Below, one piece after another: positions 29,301 through 42,244 of a stretch of DNA of 64,000 nt (positions are counted from its first letter, which is position 1; each line of letters begins with the position of its first letter). The translations under genes were made by a program, and so were the position numbers. The stretch comes from the human T2T-CHM13v2.0 reference genome, Homo sapiens: NCBI RefSeq assembly GCF_009914755.1, contig NC_060930.1. One strand, given 5' to 3'. The notes beneath the pieces are model-generated. The model had not been told where the DNA came from. It worked only from the letters and a program-made list of their open reading frames with translations, and did not search any database.

Positions 29301-30792
29301 AGCTAAAGCAAGTTATCCAGAAGAACTAATTAAGATAACTGATGAAGGTGACTACATTAAACAACAGATTTTCAATGTAGAGGAAGAGCCTCATATTGGG
29401 AAAAGAAGCCATGTAGAACTTTCATAGCTGGAGAGGACAGGTCAATGCTTGGCTTCAAAATCTCAAAGAATAGCCTATCTCTCTTGCTACAGGATAATGA
29501 AGTTGGTGATTTTGAATTGAAAACAATGCTCATTTATCATTTCAAAAATGTTAGAGCCCTTCAGAATTATGTTAATTCTCTGCCTGTGTTCTATATATGG
29601 AACAACAAAGCTTGACTGACAGCACATCTATTTACAGCATGATTTACTGAATATTTTATGCTTGCTGTGGAGACCTACTGCTCAAGAAAAAAATATATAT
29701 TTCTTTTCAAATATTATTGACAATGTACCTGGTCACCCAAGAGCTCTGGAGCTATACAAGAAGATTATTAATGTGGTTTTCATGTCTGCACACACATCTA
29801 TTCTGGAGCCCATGGATCAAGGAGTAACTTTAACTTTCAAGTTATATTCTTTAAGAAATACATCTCATAGAGCTATAGTTGCCTTAAATGGTGATTCCTC
29901 TGATGGGTCTGGGGAAAGTAAATTGAAAACCTTCTAGAAAGGATTCACCATTCTAGATGCCATGAAGAACATTCATGATACATGGAGAGGAGGTGAAAAT
30001 ATCAACATAACAGGAATTTGGAAGAAGTTAATTCCAACCATCATGGATAACTTTGATGGATTCAAATCGTCAGTGGAGGAAGTCACTGAAGATGTGGTGA
30101 AAACAAGAAAATAACTAGAGTCAGTCGTGGAGCCTAAAGATGTGACTGAATTGCTGCAATCTCATGATCAAACTTCAGCAAATGAGGAGTTGCTTTTTAT
30201 GGATAAGCAAAAAAATAGTTTCTTGAGATAGAGACTACTCCTGGTGGAAATGCTATGAACATTGTTGAAATGACAAGAAAAGATATAGAATATTTTATAA
30301 ATTTAGTTGATAAATCAGTGGCAGGAGTGGAAAAGATTAGCTCCAATTTTGAAAGAAGTTCTGCTTTGGGTAAAATGCTGTCAACCAACATCACATGATA
30401 CAGATAAATCTTTTATGAAAGGAAGAGTTAATTGATATGTCACACTTCACTATTGTCTTATTTTAAGAAATTTCCATAGCCCCTCCCACCTTCAGCAATC
30501 ACTACCCTGCTTATTCAGCAACCATCAACACTGAGGCAAGATCCTCCATAGCAAAAAAGGTTATGACTCTCTGAAGGTTCAGGTGATAATTTATATTTTT
30601 CAGAAATAAAGAATTTTAATAAAGATATGTACATTTTAGACATAATGCTATTACACATTAATAGAATATAGTATAGTGTAACCCTAACATTTTACACACT
30701 GGTAAACCAAAAACTGTGTGTGACTCTCTTGTGATATTTGCTTTTTTGAGATGGCCTGGATCCAAACCCACATTATCTCTGAAGTATGCCTG
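24405..30792 (+). mobile_element. Tigger1 (Tc1/pogo) near full length, split by an L1 at 24859-28858
   Basis: Transposase start atgacctctaagtgttcaagtgaaag (MTSKCSSERKS at 24812) resumes at 28871. Motifs DNVPGHP and LEPMDQGV in ORF 29662. Right TIR ...gaagtatgcctg ends at 30792. Pieces sum to ~2.4 kb. Confidence 0.93.
24859..28858 (-). mobile_element. 5'-truncated L1PA15/16-like element (ORF2 + 3'UTR)
   Basis: Minus-strand ORF fragments are L1 ORF2 ([42 protein letters not shown]). TSD catgtccctcac (24847-24858) / catgtctctcag (28859-28870). Confidence 0.93.
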
Positions 30793-31444
30793 TGCATGCA
30801 AAAGGTTGGCAACACAGAGCAGGCACTTGGTAAACACTGCACAGCATTGATACTGCTCAGGCCATTCAAGCTTAGGCTCCAGGCTCAGTAACTTCCTTTC
30901 CCGGTAACCAGAGAAAATTGCTTTTCTACATTAAATTTACATGAAACAAAGCAGTAAGTGTATATGACGCCTGAAATAAGTAAGTACTGAAGCTCCTAAA
31001 TGCCATCTTCTATTTTTTTTGCAATCAAATTGCATGGGGTTATTATCATTATGTGATAAATTTGGTAAGAGACTCCTGAGAAGGAAACCACCAAAGAAAA
31101 TGATCATCACTTTGAGGTTCAAAAAATAAACAAAGCGAATTCTCTGACTTCACTTACTTAGCCAAAGGTTCTCAACTTCCATCTGCTCCTTCCCCTGCCC
31201 AGTCAGTTCTGAAGCAGAGCTACAGTAGCTGAGGATATCAGCACAACCACCTCCAACAGAGGCCACCCTGTTTATGCCTTTCCCCTAATTAGGAAGTACA
31301 GTGGGATGCCTGTGGAGGGACCAGTGTGGCTGGAACAATCTGGGCTATTCCCTCTAGATCAACAAATGGAATTTATAGTCAAAAACAGAGGGATGAGAGG
31401 GTAATTGAATTTAAGGGTTTTAAAGTTTATTAACGAATTTACAT

Positions 31445-31945
31445 TCGTTTTACTTCATTCACCATTATTGAATTCCAAATTAGTACACACCTAATACTGA
31501 ACTGTGCTAACTAGGCACTGGGGGTGCATAGCAGAAGCCATTGATACAGAAATGTAGCAAGGGAAAGCTTGTTGTTAAGAGACAGGCAGACCTGAGCTTG
31601 AATTTCTACTCTGCTTTCAACTTACTACCCACATTATTGTGCCAGTTACTCAGTTTCTTTGAGCCTGAATTTCCTCATCTATAAAACAAAGAGGATTATG
31701 TCTCCCATAAAGAGCCATTGTGAAGAGTAACTGAGATCACACCTGTAATGTGCCCATAGCTGACAATCAGTAAAGAATACCTGCTCTCCCAAGGAGTTTA
31801 CAATCCACCTGGGAGGCAGAAATTTACATAATTAACCATAATAAAATGTGATAAATATTATTAAGCAAACCTTATGGAAATAGAGACAAGGGAGTAATTA
31901 ATTCTTCTAGAAGGGGTTGGCAAGGAAGGCTTTACAAACAAGCCT
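31445..31945 (-). mobile_element. L2 3' fragment (interrupted by MIR)
   Basis: cattcaccattattgaa...ctaggcactggggg, resuming as cctgctctcccaaggagtttacaatc. Confidence 0.55.
31550..31778 (+). mobile_element. MIR
   Basis: cagacctgagcttgaat...agttactcagtttctttgagcctgaatttcctcatctataaaa. Confidence 0.75.
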
Positions 31946-32139
31946 CTGGATTTTGCTGTCTGATGCTAGTATTGACCCACCACTCACCTCCATAACCATC
32001 AACTTACAAGCTTGCTCTTGTAGCTCCTCTGTAAAAAGTATATAACTAAATCTTTCCTTGATCCCACACCTCTCTATAGCTAATTGCTCATTTCTTTCTC
32101 TCCTTTGCAGCAAAACATAGAAAGATATGGTGTCTCCAC

Positions 32140-33827
32140 TATGGGAGTTCCGTCAGGATGGTGGGAAAAATTTTAAGATGAAGTTATAGGATATAAACAC
32201 AAATCTTCTTGGAAGGCTGGAAGGTTTTTGCAGAAGTCTCAGGATAGGATTCTGGCTGAAAGCAGCCTAATTCTTTGATCATTTGTGGGCAGGATGGCTC
32301 CCTGCAGGGAAGGTAACCAGGTTGATTACCCTCTAATGGTGTTGACTCAAAGCCTTTGCCATTTAATGTGTGCAGAATAAATGTTGCCATCCAATATAAA
32401 CCCCAAGGAAAAGCCATAATAGAATGTGCCCATTCCATTCTTAAAAATATGCTCAAAACACAGAAAGGGGGATTATGGGTAAAGACCCTGCAACACTATT
32501 GGCACAAGCTTCATTTACCCTTAATTTTTAAAATTCAGATGACAAATTTCAATCAGCTGTAGAAAAGCACTTTGCTAAAACCTCTTAAGACATAAAACCT
32601 GCAGTTTTATGGAAAGATGTAAACAATAATGTATGGTGTGGTTCAAATGAATTGTTAACTTGGGCAAGAGGATATGCTTGTGTCCACACGCCCTCAGATC
32701 CTCTTTAGAGTCCAGCACAATGCATCACACCATACTATGGCATAGCTAAGACCCAACCCGGTACCATAAATGAAGGAACTGACCCTGCAGGACCTACAGC
32801 CCTGGATGATGCAGCTTCCTCAGGTGACACAGGCCCCGGACATTATGCTGAAGAAGACAAGTCAGAAGACTCAGCAAATTCTACTCCAGACACAGACACC
32901 ATTCACTCCAGATAATTTATCCCTTTTTTATTCTCTCACTGTGCCTGCTACCTATACCTGTTACACTCTATTAAGCTCATCTTCTAAATCTGCCTTTTTT
33001 CAGCTCTGTTATCTGGGCAGACACTCCCTTCCCAGCTTCTAACAATGCGACTGCTTGGCTGGAAGGGGTTAACATACCCCCAGTGGGGTTCCTTAGTAAC
33101 AGCACACATCAAACTGAAGTGCCAAGTAACACTACAGGTCACTCTTTGACTGGAAAAGAATGTTGCTAATTATACTCATGATTGTCTTATGTTATTTGCT
33201 AATTCTAGGATGCAAACCCGGAATAAGAACAATGACTGCCTCGCCTAACAGACCTGTTGCTGCCACATCTGTACATGTTAGTCAACAGAACCCACTGCAG
33301 AAAAAACAGAAAAGGGGGAGATGTGGGAGTTTAGTCAGGCTGGTGGGAAAAATTTTAAGATGAAGTTATAGGATATAAACACAAATCTTCTTGAAAGGCT
33401 GGAAGGTTTTTGCAAAAGTCTCAGGATAGGGTTATGGTTGAAAGCAGCCTAATCCTTACCTTGAGTAAATAACTTAGAGCAGATACATAGGAATGTAAAG
33501 GAGTTTATCTAAATAACTTATTTACTCATGTGGTCCTAAAACTAACCTTTGACCATTCACGGGCATGATGGCTCTCTGGGGGTGGGGGGAGGCAACCAGG
33601 TTGATTACCTTCTAATGGTGTTGACTCAAAGTCTTTGTCATTTAATGTGTGCTGAATAAATGCTAGCAGGGCCAGTGAGTCAGGGCCGTGGCTGCAACTC
33701 TTTACAGCACTCTCCTTGGAGTCTGTAAGTGGCCCGGACCCTCAGCTGGACTGACAAGCATAATATCTGTGTCAGTGTACATGATTCATCTGTTGTTGGG
33801 TCAGGGTCTGTGGGACAGACCCCCGTA
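32140..33827 (+). mobile_element. deleted HERV-K(HML-5)/HERVK22 provirus with LTR22
   Basis: Two homologous LTRs (32140-~32387 partial, 33322-33827). Perfect 6-bp TSD ctccac (32134-32139 / 33828-33833). Integrase IQYKPQGKAIIECAHSILKNML and WKD...WARGYACV. Env leader QTQTPFTPDNL. PPT agaaaagggggaga before the 3' LTR. Confidence 0.9.
33322..33827 (+). mobile_element. LTR22 3' LTR (complete, 506 bp)
   Basis: tgtgggagtttagtcaggctggtgggaaaaattttaag...aataaa (33655-33660)...gacagacccccgta. Confidence 0.9.
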
Positions 33828-36434
33828 CTCCACCTCCCTGTATTCTTCAACCCATTCCCATCTGTCTGATGTCCCTTCCACTGAAATATTTTGCCCTACC
33901 TTGGCCACTCTTTTCAGGTTTCCTGGCTGCACTTCCTCGCGAACACCTAGTCCAGCTCTCTTCCTTTCTCTCTACATTCTCTCCTTTAGACTACCTATCT
34001 AGTTAGTCGCTTACTTCAAGTACAATTTGTCCCTTGATGACCCCTAGATGTATATTTTCAGCCTTAATCTCCCTCTTAAGCATCAAACTTATATATTCAA
34101 TTGCTTATCTGACATGATCATATTGATGTCTAACAGGTTTCCCAAACTTAACAGGTCTAACACAATTAACGATTTTTGCAAACCTCCCCCAACAAAACAA
34201 AACACAACAAAAAAATACCTGTTTCTTTCTTACTCTTTCTTGTCTTGGAAAAGACTATCAGGAGTCATTGTTGATTCTCTTGTTTCTTCTCCCTCTATTT
34301 CTGATCCATCATCAAATCCTGTTGACTCTATTTCCTTGTTCATTTCCTTCCTCTCCTCTGTAACTACCACAGCCCAAGCTATTGCCATCTTTCACCTAGT
34401 CTCCTGCAATAGCCTCATAACTCATCTTACAGTGTCCAGTTTTGCCCCACTCTTCTCTAATCTCCACCCAGTAGTCAAAGTAAGTCTCATAAAATGCAGA
34501 TCATATGCTACTCCCCTTTTTAAAGCCCTCCAATGCCTTTTCATTTCATTTGGAAAAATACTTCAGCTCTTTGCCAAGAACTAAAAATCCCTATGCTATC
34601 TGGCCCCACCTACTTCTCTGCCTCCATCCCCTACCCCATGCTCCAGACACAAAGTGTGTCTTTAATATCTCAAATGCATGAGCTCATTCTTGTTTGGGGA
34701 AAATTTGAATTTGTCCCTTGCAGTACTCCACCCTCAACCTCTTGCATGACTGGGTCTACTTCATATATCAGGTGTTAGTTCAAATGTCTCCTCCTCAGAA
34801 AAGTAACTCCAATCATCCTTCCCAGTAGATCCCTCCACCTCTCCCCCACCAATCACTTTCTGTCAAGCCCACCATTTGTCTTCTGCACATCACTTATTTC
34901 TTTCTGAATTTATGATATTTGCATGCTTGTTTATTGTTTCTCTCTCTATCTCTAAAACATAAGATTCAGGATAGATTGCATCTTGAGCTACCTGGTATAT
35001 TGGTGTATCTCTAGCAACTAGATCACAGTATGAGATTTGAGAAACACATAATGGTTGCTGAATGAATAAAGATAGTTCTGAAAGCCTTTGTCAAGAGGAG
35101 TTGTTGGATTTATTAATTAAAATTAAACTATAAAATTTGTTATGGTTTCACTTACTTATTCTCTTTATTCCAATAAAAATATAATTGAGAATCTGCTGTT
35201 CGGTGAAAGGAGTGGTAATGTTGAAGTGATTTTACTCATAGATAATCTTTGTGCTCTTGCAAGAGTAGTCATCTGTTAATGGTAAGCAATAAGGGCACAA
35301 TTTAGGCTGTCAGGGTACTTCAGCGTACTTCACCTGGCTCTGAATGGGGTCATGCATGAAACAATATATTTGAGGCATTTATTTACCTTGAGTGAAAATG
35401 AGAGTATACATTACTTTGAAACTTTCTCCTAGATCAAAAAGAAGTTCAAGACAATTCAGAAAGTTTTATATCTCTGCAAATGCTAAAGAAAACCATACCC
35501 ATTTTACAGAAGTTAGCCTAGCAACTTAAAGGAGGGGGAGGAATTAAGAGATAATTGAAAGCAGTCATTTCTACAAAAACATATTCAAAGTAAATCAGGA
35601 ACACAAAGCCTTTTCTAAGTTATGCACCTCTTAGGAGTCCACATGTATCTATGCAATGAAAGGTTCAGTCAATGCAAGCACGGGGGCCAGGTCCTCTGCA
35701 GCTGCAGGAAATTGGCTCACTTTTGGTGACGGAGCAGATGCACTAGCTCTCCTCCCTTAACTGCCCAGTGAGTGAAGCTTTTTAAAAGTCTAGTAATGCA
35801 GTTCTGATTTGCTCTATTTTGAAATAAATTGTACCTCATTTGTGATCTTGTGAAATCTAGGAAACTACATCCCTCATAAAGCGTCATTTGGTGATATATC
35901 TGCATCTGACTCTGAGACTAAAAGGCACAATAAGTTCAGTTTCCATGTCATCAAGTCAGGTTACCTAAAGCTTGTTTAGGTACCACCTCACCTCTAGGTC
36001 CAGTGTACTTTAGATGATCACCGGCAATGTTGAAAGAATGCTTCACTAACAGAGCAGGCACATGATATTGTGTCATTATCAGCCACTTCACACAACCAAT
36101 TTGACATATGATCGCTCTTCATCTTTTTATCTCCTTCCCAGGTAATTTATTACTTTCATATTGAAAATTCAAACAACAGAAAAAGAATAGATGAATCTTT
36201 CTTCCATTGCCCCATTACTCCAAGCCAGTCAACAGCCGCACCCTTGGATCATGAGACACGCAGCATTAAACAAGCCAGGCAAGGCTCCAGAGAGTCCATT
36301 TGTAACATCTGTGTAACCATCGCTTTAAAATGGACAAACTAAAAGTTGCTTTATTAAATTCTGACAACCCTCAAACAAAGTGAATACAATTCAAGGTGAC
36401 ACTTACTGTCAAGGAAATCTTGCTTCTTCCAGGA

Positions 36435-36598
36435 CAGTGTTTTTCAACACTCTGCACATTGCAATCACCTGGGGAGTTATTTTTTAAAATACATTGAAAG
36501 GTTATAATTTAATTGGTTTGAGGTGGGATCTGATTGTAGGTATTTTTTTAAAGCTCTCCCAGAGGTTCTGATGAGCTGCCACGGTTGAGAACCACCAC
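36435..36598. mobile_element. MER5A-like hAT MITE
   Basis: cagtgtttttcaac...aatcacctggggag...aagctctcccag...ggttgagaaccac, with inverted ends. Confidence 0.8.
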
Positions 36599-37329
36599 AG
36601 TAGGTGGGTGAGCAGGCACCTCCAGCTTCCAGAAGACCCAGCGAGGAGCTTGACTGGAAAGTGCAGACCCCAGCTTTGCAGCACTGACTGTCAGAGCCAA
36701 TAATAAGCAAATAAGGAACAATAAAGTAAGAAAAATAGCTCAATTAGCACTAAAAATCAGTGAGGTAAAGTAGATCCATTCTACAGTTAGAAGTTCTTAA
36801 TCACAATTGTGTCATGTCTATAGTAATTTTGGGTAAATTAAATTGAGTAAAAATGCTCTGTTGTTTATAGTTTCAATTGGTGTTTGCTTCTTCTGATAAT
36901 GCTCTTGGTAAGTTCACTTTCACTTTGTGAATTTACCTTTTCCAAATTGACTTTCACAGGAGTGGAACTCCCTGAGTCATTCCTCTGCCTGAAGCCCTGC
37001 TTTGATGTGTTTAAGGTAGGGGAAAAAATCCTTTTAAATGAACTTCAACACTATGTCAAAAGCAGTTTAAAAGTTAGAAAAATATTATCATAAAATTGCT
37101 AAAGTCAGTAATGTTTTGATGTTTCACAGCAGCACAATGAACAGTTGAAAGTATCGCTCAGTATGTATTTTGTGGTTCTTTGTAGCCTATTGGCTTTCCA
37201 ACTTTATTCCTAAGAGTCCTTTTGGAGGGGCTTACTCTGTTTTGTTTTTGCCATTTCTTTACCCAGACTCTCTCAGTTCATTTCTAGGATAAGAAGTTTG
37301 ATAGTTTGATTGTCTCCCTTCCCCAGGTT

Positions 37330-37675
37330 GGTTTTTTGTTTTTGTTTTTGTTTTTTTTTTGGTTTTTGGTTTTGTTTGTTTGTTTGTTTTTTGAGATGGA
37401 GTCTCACTCTGTCACCCAGGCTGGAGTATAGGTGTGCAATCTTGGCTAACTGCAACCTCCAGCTCCCAGGTTGAAGCAAGTCTCCTGCCTCAGCCTCCTG
37501 AGTAGCTGGCATTACAGGCCTGTGCCACCACACCTGGCTAATTTTTGTATTTTTTAGTAGAGACGGGGTCTCACCATGCTGGTCAGGTTGGTCTCGAACT
37601 CTTGACCTCAAGTGATCCACCCGCCTCGGCCTCCAAAAGTGCTGGGATTACAGGTGTGAGCCACTGCACCTGGCC
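37330..37675 (-). mobile_element. AluS (Sx/Sz-like) with microsatellite-converted tail
   Basis: Full Alu on the minus strand. Tail reads (TTTTTG)n/(TTTG)n on +. TSD ccttccccaggtt (37317-37329 / 37676-37688). Confidence 0.95.
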
Positions 37676-37839
37676 CCTTCCCCAGGTTTTTATGTTCACT
37701 CACTCATTCACACAAACCTGGGCTGTCCACTTACGAAGCAGACACATTGGCCAACCTTGGTGGTCACTGAGCTCTCCCCTGAGAGTGGGCAAGGATTTGT
37801 GCAGTCATCCACACTCAGCCCCTTTGTCCTTCTTGGAAC

Positions 37840-38396
37840 TGTGGAAATAAATGAAAACTAACCAAATGAGAAAAGTAAAGGCTATTTATTCAGAGCTTGC
37901 TATAGCAAGGGGCTCAGCCACCATCACTTGAATTTTGGCAGTGACTAAAAGGCAGACAGAGGAGTGGGAAAGCTTTATCGTGGAAAAAAGAGGAGGCTTC
38001 AGGTGTGCCCTGATTGTAGGTTGTTGGCATGGGAAAGCTGTAGGTGGGCTCATGAGAAGTGGGGCATCCTATGTGATTGGCTAGGGGTACATTTTTGGCT
38101 TTGTCTGGTTGGTCCTAAGTTAGATATGAGAACAAAAATTAGGGAAGCCATCAGCTATTAATCAAATTCTGGCCATTTGGGGCCAACTGTTACAGGAATT
38201 ATTGTTTGGCATCCTGGATTGTTACTAGAGATAGCAGTTTAACTCTCTACAAGTCTGATTTATAGGAGGCTAGTTTCCTGGGTTGTATATGGTAGATAAG
38301 GAGTTGGTTTCCTGGATAGGTTGCTACAAGTTGTGGGTCAAAGTTTCCTTTTTATATATGGTCTCTCCATTGTCAATTTGTATATTCAATCTCTCG
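37840..38396 (-). mobile_element. ERVL-class solo LTR (MER76-like, subfamily tentative)
   Basis: Starts TG on +. AATAAA on the minus strand (tttatt ~37886), CCAAT boxes (gattgg), and an end tttatatatggtct...tgtatattcaatctctc recalled from this LTR family. Confidence 0.65.
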
Positions 38397-38660
38397 AAAC
38401 CAATAGAACATGGGTTAGGGTGGCTATTTAACCCTGTGCTTTCCAGCCTGTCTCACATCCTGACTACGGTGATTAGACACAAATACTCTGATAATTATAC
38501 TCATTAGACATAACTTATTTTTATAATGCAGAAACACTAGGAAATGGCCTAGAAGTATTCCTTTAGCTACTTCTTTTATTGTTATATACTTCTTGGTTAT
38601 CCTAAGCTTTGGGTTAAAATATAAAGATGGACCTGAAGGCAGATGTTGTCCTACAAGAGG

Positions 38661-39328
38661 TTTTTTTTTTTTTTTTTTAACTTTAAGTTCCAGGATACAT
38701 GTGTAGAATGTGCATGTACGTTACATAGGTATACATGTGTCCTGGTGTTTTGCTGCACCTATCAACCTGTAATCTAGGTTTTAAGCCCAGCATGCATTAG
38801 GTATTTGTTCTAATGCTCTCGCTCCCCTCACTCGCCACCCCCCGACAGGCCCCAGTGTGTGTTGTTGCCCTCTTTCTGTCCATATGTTCTCATTGTTCAA
38901 CTCCCACTTATGAGTGAGAACATGCAGTGTTTGGTTTTCTGTTCCTGTGTTAGTTTGCTGAGACTGATGGCTTCCAGCTTCATCCATGTCCCTGCAAAGG
39001 ATATGATCTCATTGTTTTTTATGGCTGCATAGTATTCTATGGTATATATGTGCCACATTTTCTTTATCCAGTCTATCATTGATGAGCATTTGGGTTGGTT
39101 CCAAGTCTTTGCTATTGTAAATAGTGCTGCAATAAATATATGTCTGCATGTGTCTTTATAGAAGAATGATTTATAATCCTTTGGGTATATTTACCCAGTA
39201 ATGGGATTGCTGGGTCAAATGGTATTTCTGGTTCTAGATCCTTGAGGAATCACCACACTGTCTTCCACAATGGTTGAACTAATTTATGCTCCCACCAACA
39301 GTGTAAAAGCATTACTATTTCTCCACAG
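38661..39328 (-). mobile_element. 5'-truncated L1PA7/8 3' end
   Basis: Poly(T) 38661-38678, ctaggttttaagcccagcatgcattagg, ORF2 C-terminus [13 protein letters not shown]. Partial TSD aagagg (38655-38660 / 39329-39334). Confidence 0.92.
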
Positions 39329-39849
39329 AAGAGGCCTTTTTTTTTTTACATGCTTTGAGTTCATGCACTGTGGGAACTTAATACATGTTTAGTAATAACT
39401 TGGAAATAAGAAGAACTTGGAAATAAGAGCTATGGAAATCAACATGCCTGAGCAAATAGATTTTGGATTTGTTTGAATGTAAATAAGAGAATACTCAGGC
39501 AGCTCTTCATCAAGAGCTCCTTACTGTCACACTCTCCATCCTCTCTCTCCCTCTTGCTTCTTAGAGCATCACTTATCAATGACAAAGCTTGAACAGCAAT
39601 CAGCAATTCTGGTTTCATGAAGTGGAGTAGGCTTGATCGCCTTTCCAGCTGAGCTCAGAGTTAATAGCTGACAAAGGCACAGGCCAACATATACTAAACA
39701 AGTAAATTGTATAATTTCTTTTGTTTTCAGAATGTCTAAGTATTGTAACAAGTATTGAACCAGATAATTCATCTGGGATAAATAAAATTGTTTGTATGCT
39801 AAGATTTAGTTTACAATTGACCCTAGGTTTAGCCAGTGAATGGTAGCCA

Positions 39850-40030
39850 TATACAGTACTAAACTCTAGCTAAACACTTTTAAATACATTCTTTGGAGTA
39901 ATTCACACAATCATATGGCACATACATTATTTCCATTTCACAGATGAAGTGTCTGAGACTCATAAAAGCTCAAGGGAACACAGTAAATACATTGCACAGC
40001 TTTTGTTCCATGTACCAGAAATCCTTGCTT
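39850..40030 (-). mobile_element. MIR fragment
   Basis: attatttccatttcacagatgaagtgtctgagactca. Confidence 0.55.
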
Positions 40031-40790
40031 AAGAGCACATGTAGTATGGAGTTACAGAGACAGCTCAACCCTCAGAGGCCAGGCACAGTTTTGTACATAC
40101 GAGAGCCCTTTCCATATTAGCTAGCAAACTTTCCTTCATACCATCACCAAATGATAACATACACTGCATTATGATAATACAAGCATATATAATAAATTCC
40201 TTCTACACAAACACAGATCACATCATGCCTCAGGGAGCAAAATCATGGCATGTTTATCAATGCTGCTGCCAAAACTGTCACTAAGGATACAACAGTGCCA
40301 TATTCCCCACTGTCACTTCAACTTTGTGGTTAATTTAAAATCACTTTTTTCTTTTGTTATCTTTAGTTCTCCTCCAGGCATCTTATCAGTACCTGTTTAT
40401 ATGTAATAAGGTAGGGGATTTTTATTTTTTAGAAGTTGACAGTAGCATTCATTGTACAGAGAAGAGATCCACCAATGCTCAAAAAATTACTTGAAACTCC
40501 TAGCTGTAGTAGAAGCTATGACCTTGGAGGGCCTAAATGTAAGGATTTGCCCTGCCAGAGATAAGGAGGAGAATTTGTTGGTTGCACTGGAGAGGGAGAA
40601 CAGAGCTAGAGAAAGACAGAAAAGGAGAGAATGTCCATCATTGTTTATAATTCCTTATGTCTTTCCAAAACACTTCAAGCCTAAACTACCAAAACTCTCA
40701 CTGTGATTGGAACTTATATGAAAATTGATGAAGGGACTATAGTTTTGGTCCCAGTCCAAAGAAGAAACAAGATAAAAAGTCAAACTTAAT

Positions 40791-41333
40791 TGTATTAACC
40801 ATGACTTTTTGTTTTCCGTATTTTGATGCTTTGATGTATGGGGTCTTGCTGATCCTGAAGGGCTACCTCTCCCAGGGTTAGCCAATTCCTAGGGATAGTA
40901 AACAATTCACCCCTAAGTACACCTTTCAAAGGACCAAACAATCCATGGTCCACACCTCCAAACTACCTTTCTTGTCAGGCTCTGGGCCACTATCCACCCA
41001 CCTTAAACATCCCAGGGCCAGGGATTAGGCAACTCGAAACAGCTACTATGACTCAGAGCCTGGAATTATTCAAACTAGACAATCCTTCACCATTTTATCC
41101 TGCCTTGGCTGTTTCTTCCAGCAGAAACCACAATAAAGGCTCTTGCCTAAAGTGACCCCCGCCGTGTCTGCCTCCAGCCTGACCCTGGTGCTTCTCCTGT
41201 GGCCCCCATGGCACCGTGCCCCCTCCTCTTGAGAACAGTGAGCAACAAACTATCTTTTCAATGACAATTGTCTCCTGATCTGTTGCCCTTGCTGTATCTC
41301 AAACTTTCTATTAATAAACTGAACTTTAAAACA
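40791..41333 (+). mobile_element. MER74-like ERVL solo LTR
   Basis: tgtattaaccatg...ttgctgatcctgaaggg...cccagggttagccaattcctag...aataaa...aaaaca, with TG...CA termini. Confidence 0.8.
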
Positions 41334-42244
41334 CTGGTGGAAAAAAACTGAAAGGAAACTACAAGGAAAGAATACATTGGAAGTTACTGATGCTGTGAAA
41401 GAGTTCTGAATTCTCAGATCTCAGCTTGGGTTGAGCCAAAATTACTTTAACCCCTGAGAGGGAAGAAGACCCCATACTTGGTTCTGAAGAAGTTATCTTT
41501 GCTTCCCCTCAGCACTACTCACCTCCCTTCCCCTGTTACTTGGTGTGAATCGCTAACCCAATAACAACCTCAACAAATTTTTTTCATGACACCAGGGATT
41601 CTCATATGTATGTTAGAATCCTAGAGCAGGAAAGGATCTTACCGTTGCACATTTTCAGCTCTGAACCAAAGCATGAATCTCCAATCCTAGACTTCTGGTC
41701 AAGTTTGAACTGAACTCAGTGATAAGTAAAGAATAAAATACTTTGCTTTTTAGGGAAATTTGTCTTTTACTAGTAAAGACGCATTTCAGAAAACAAATTT
41801 CAAACATTTTACAAAAATGAAAAAGATCAAAAACTAGGGGCGTGGTAAATTCAGAGTCCTAAAATCACTTCAAAATTTAAATTACTTAGAGGACAGGTGT
41901 ATATGATAGAAATTACCTTCCATTTCCATTTAAAAGGATGTATTAAAATATTGAGTAACTATAATTATGCTAAATCTGTTCTCATCTCTGATTCATCACA
42001 AAATGAATGAGTAATTCAAAGCCAAATATAAATTTTGGCCTATAACTGGCAGAACTGGCAGCCTTTTCAATTGTATGTGAGGATGCAATACTCTTTAACA
42101 TACACACATGCACACACATACATGCACGCATTCCATTTTCCCCCTAATTTTAAAGATGTGAGCAGATGCCTTGTGACCCAGAAAAAAGCATGTATGAAAA
42201 CAGTTTAATCAAGAACTAAAAATAACTTTTTAACTATTTGGGAA

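Larger units (their letters stand above)
31990..35070 (+). mobile_element. long L2 element (RT region to 3' tail), interrupted by the HML-5 provirus
   Basis: L2 sequence continues across the ctccac TSD. LDD at ~34033 corresponds to YADD. ORF 34048-34584 resembles the L2 RT C-terminus. Tail gctgaatgaataaa at ~35070. Confidence 0.8.

Noticed and set aside
29182-29937. Tigger transposase ORFs as a domesticated TIGD gene
   Set aside because: Fragmented by stops and frameshifts and separated from the start codon by a 4-kb L1.
35387-35482. Minus-strand exon-like segment (ttttctttag ... AAG|gtaaat)
   Set aside because: Stops in all three frames and only motif-level support. A lncRNA exon cannot be excluded.
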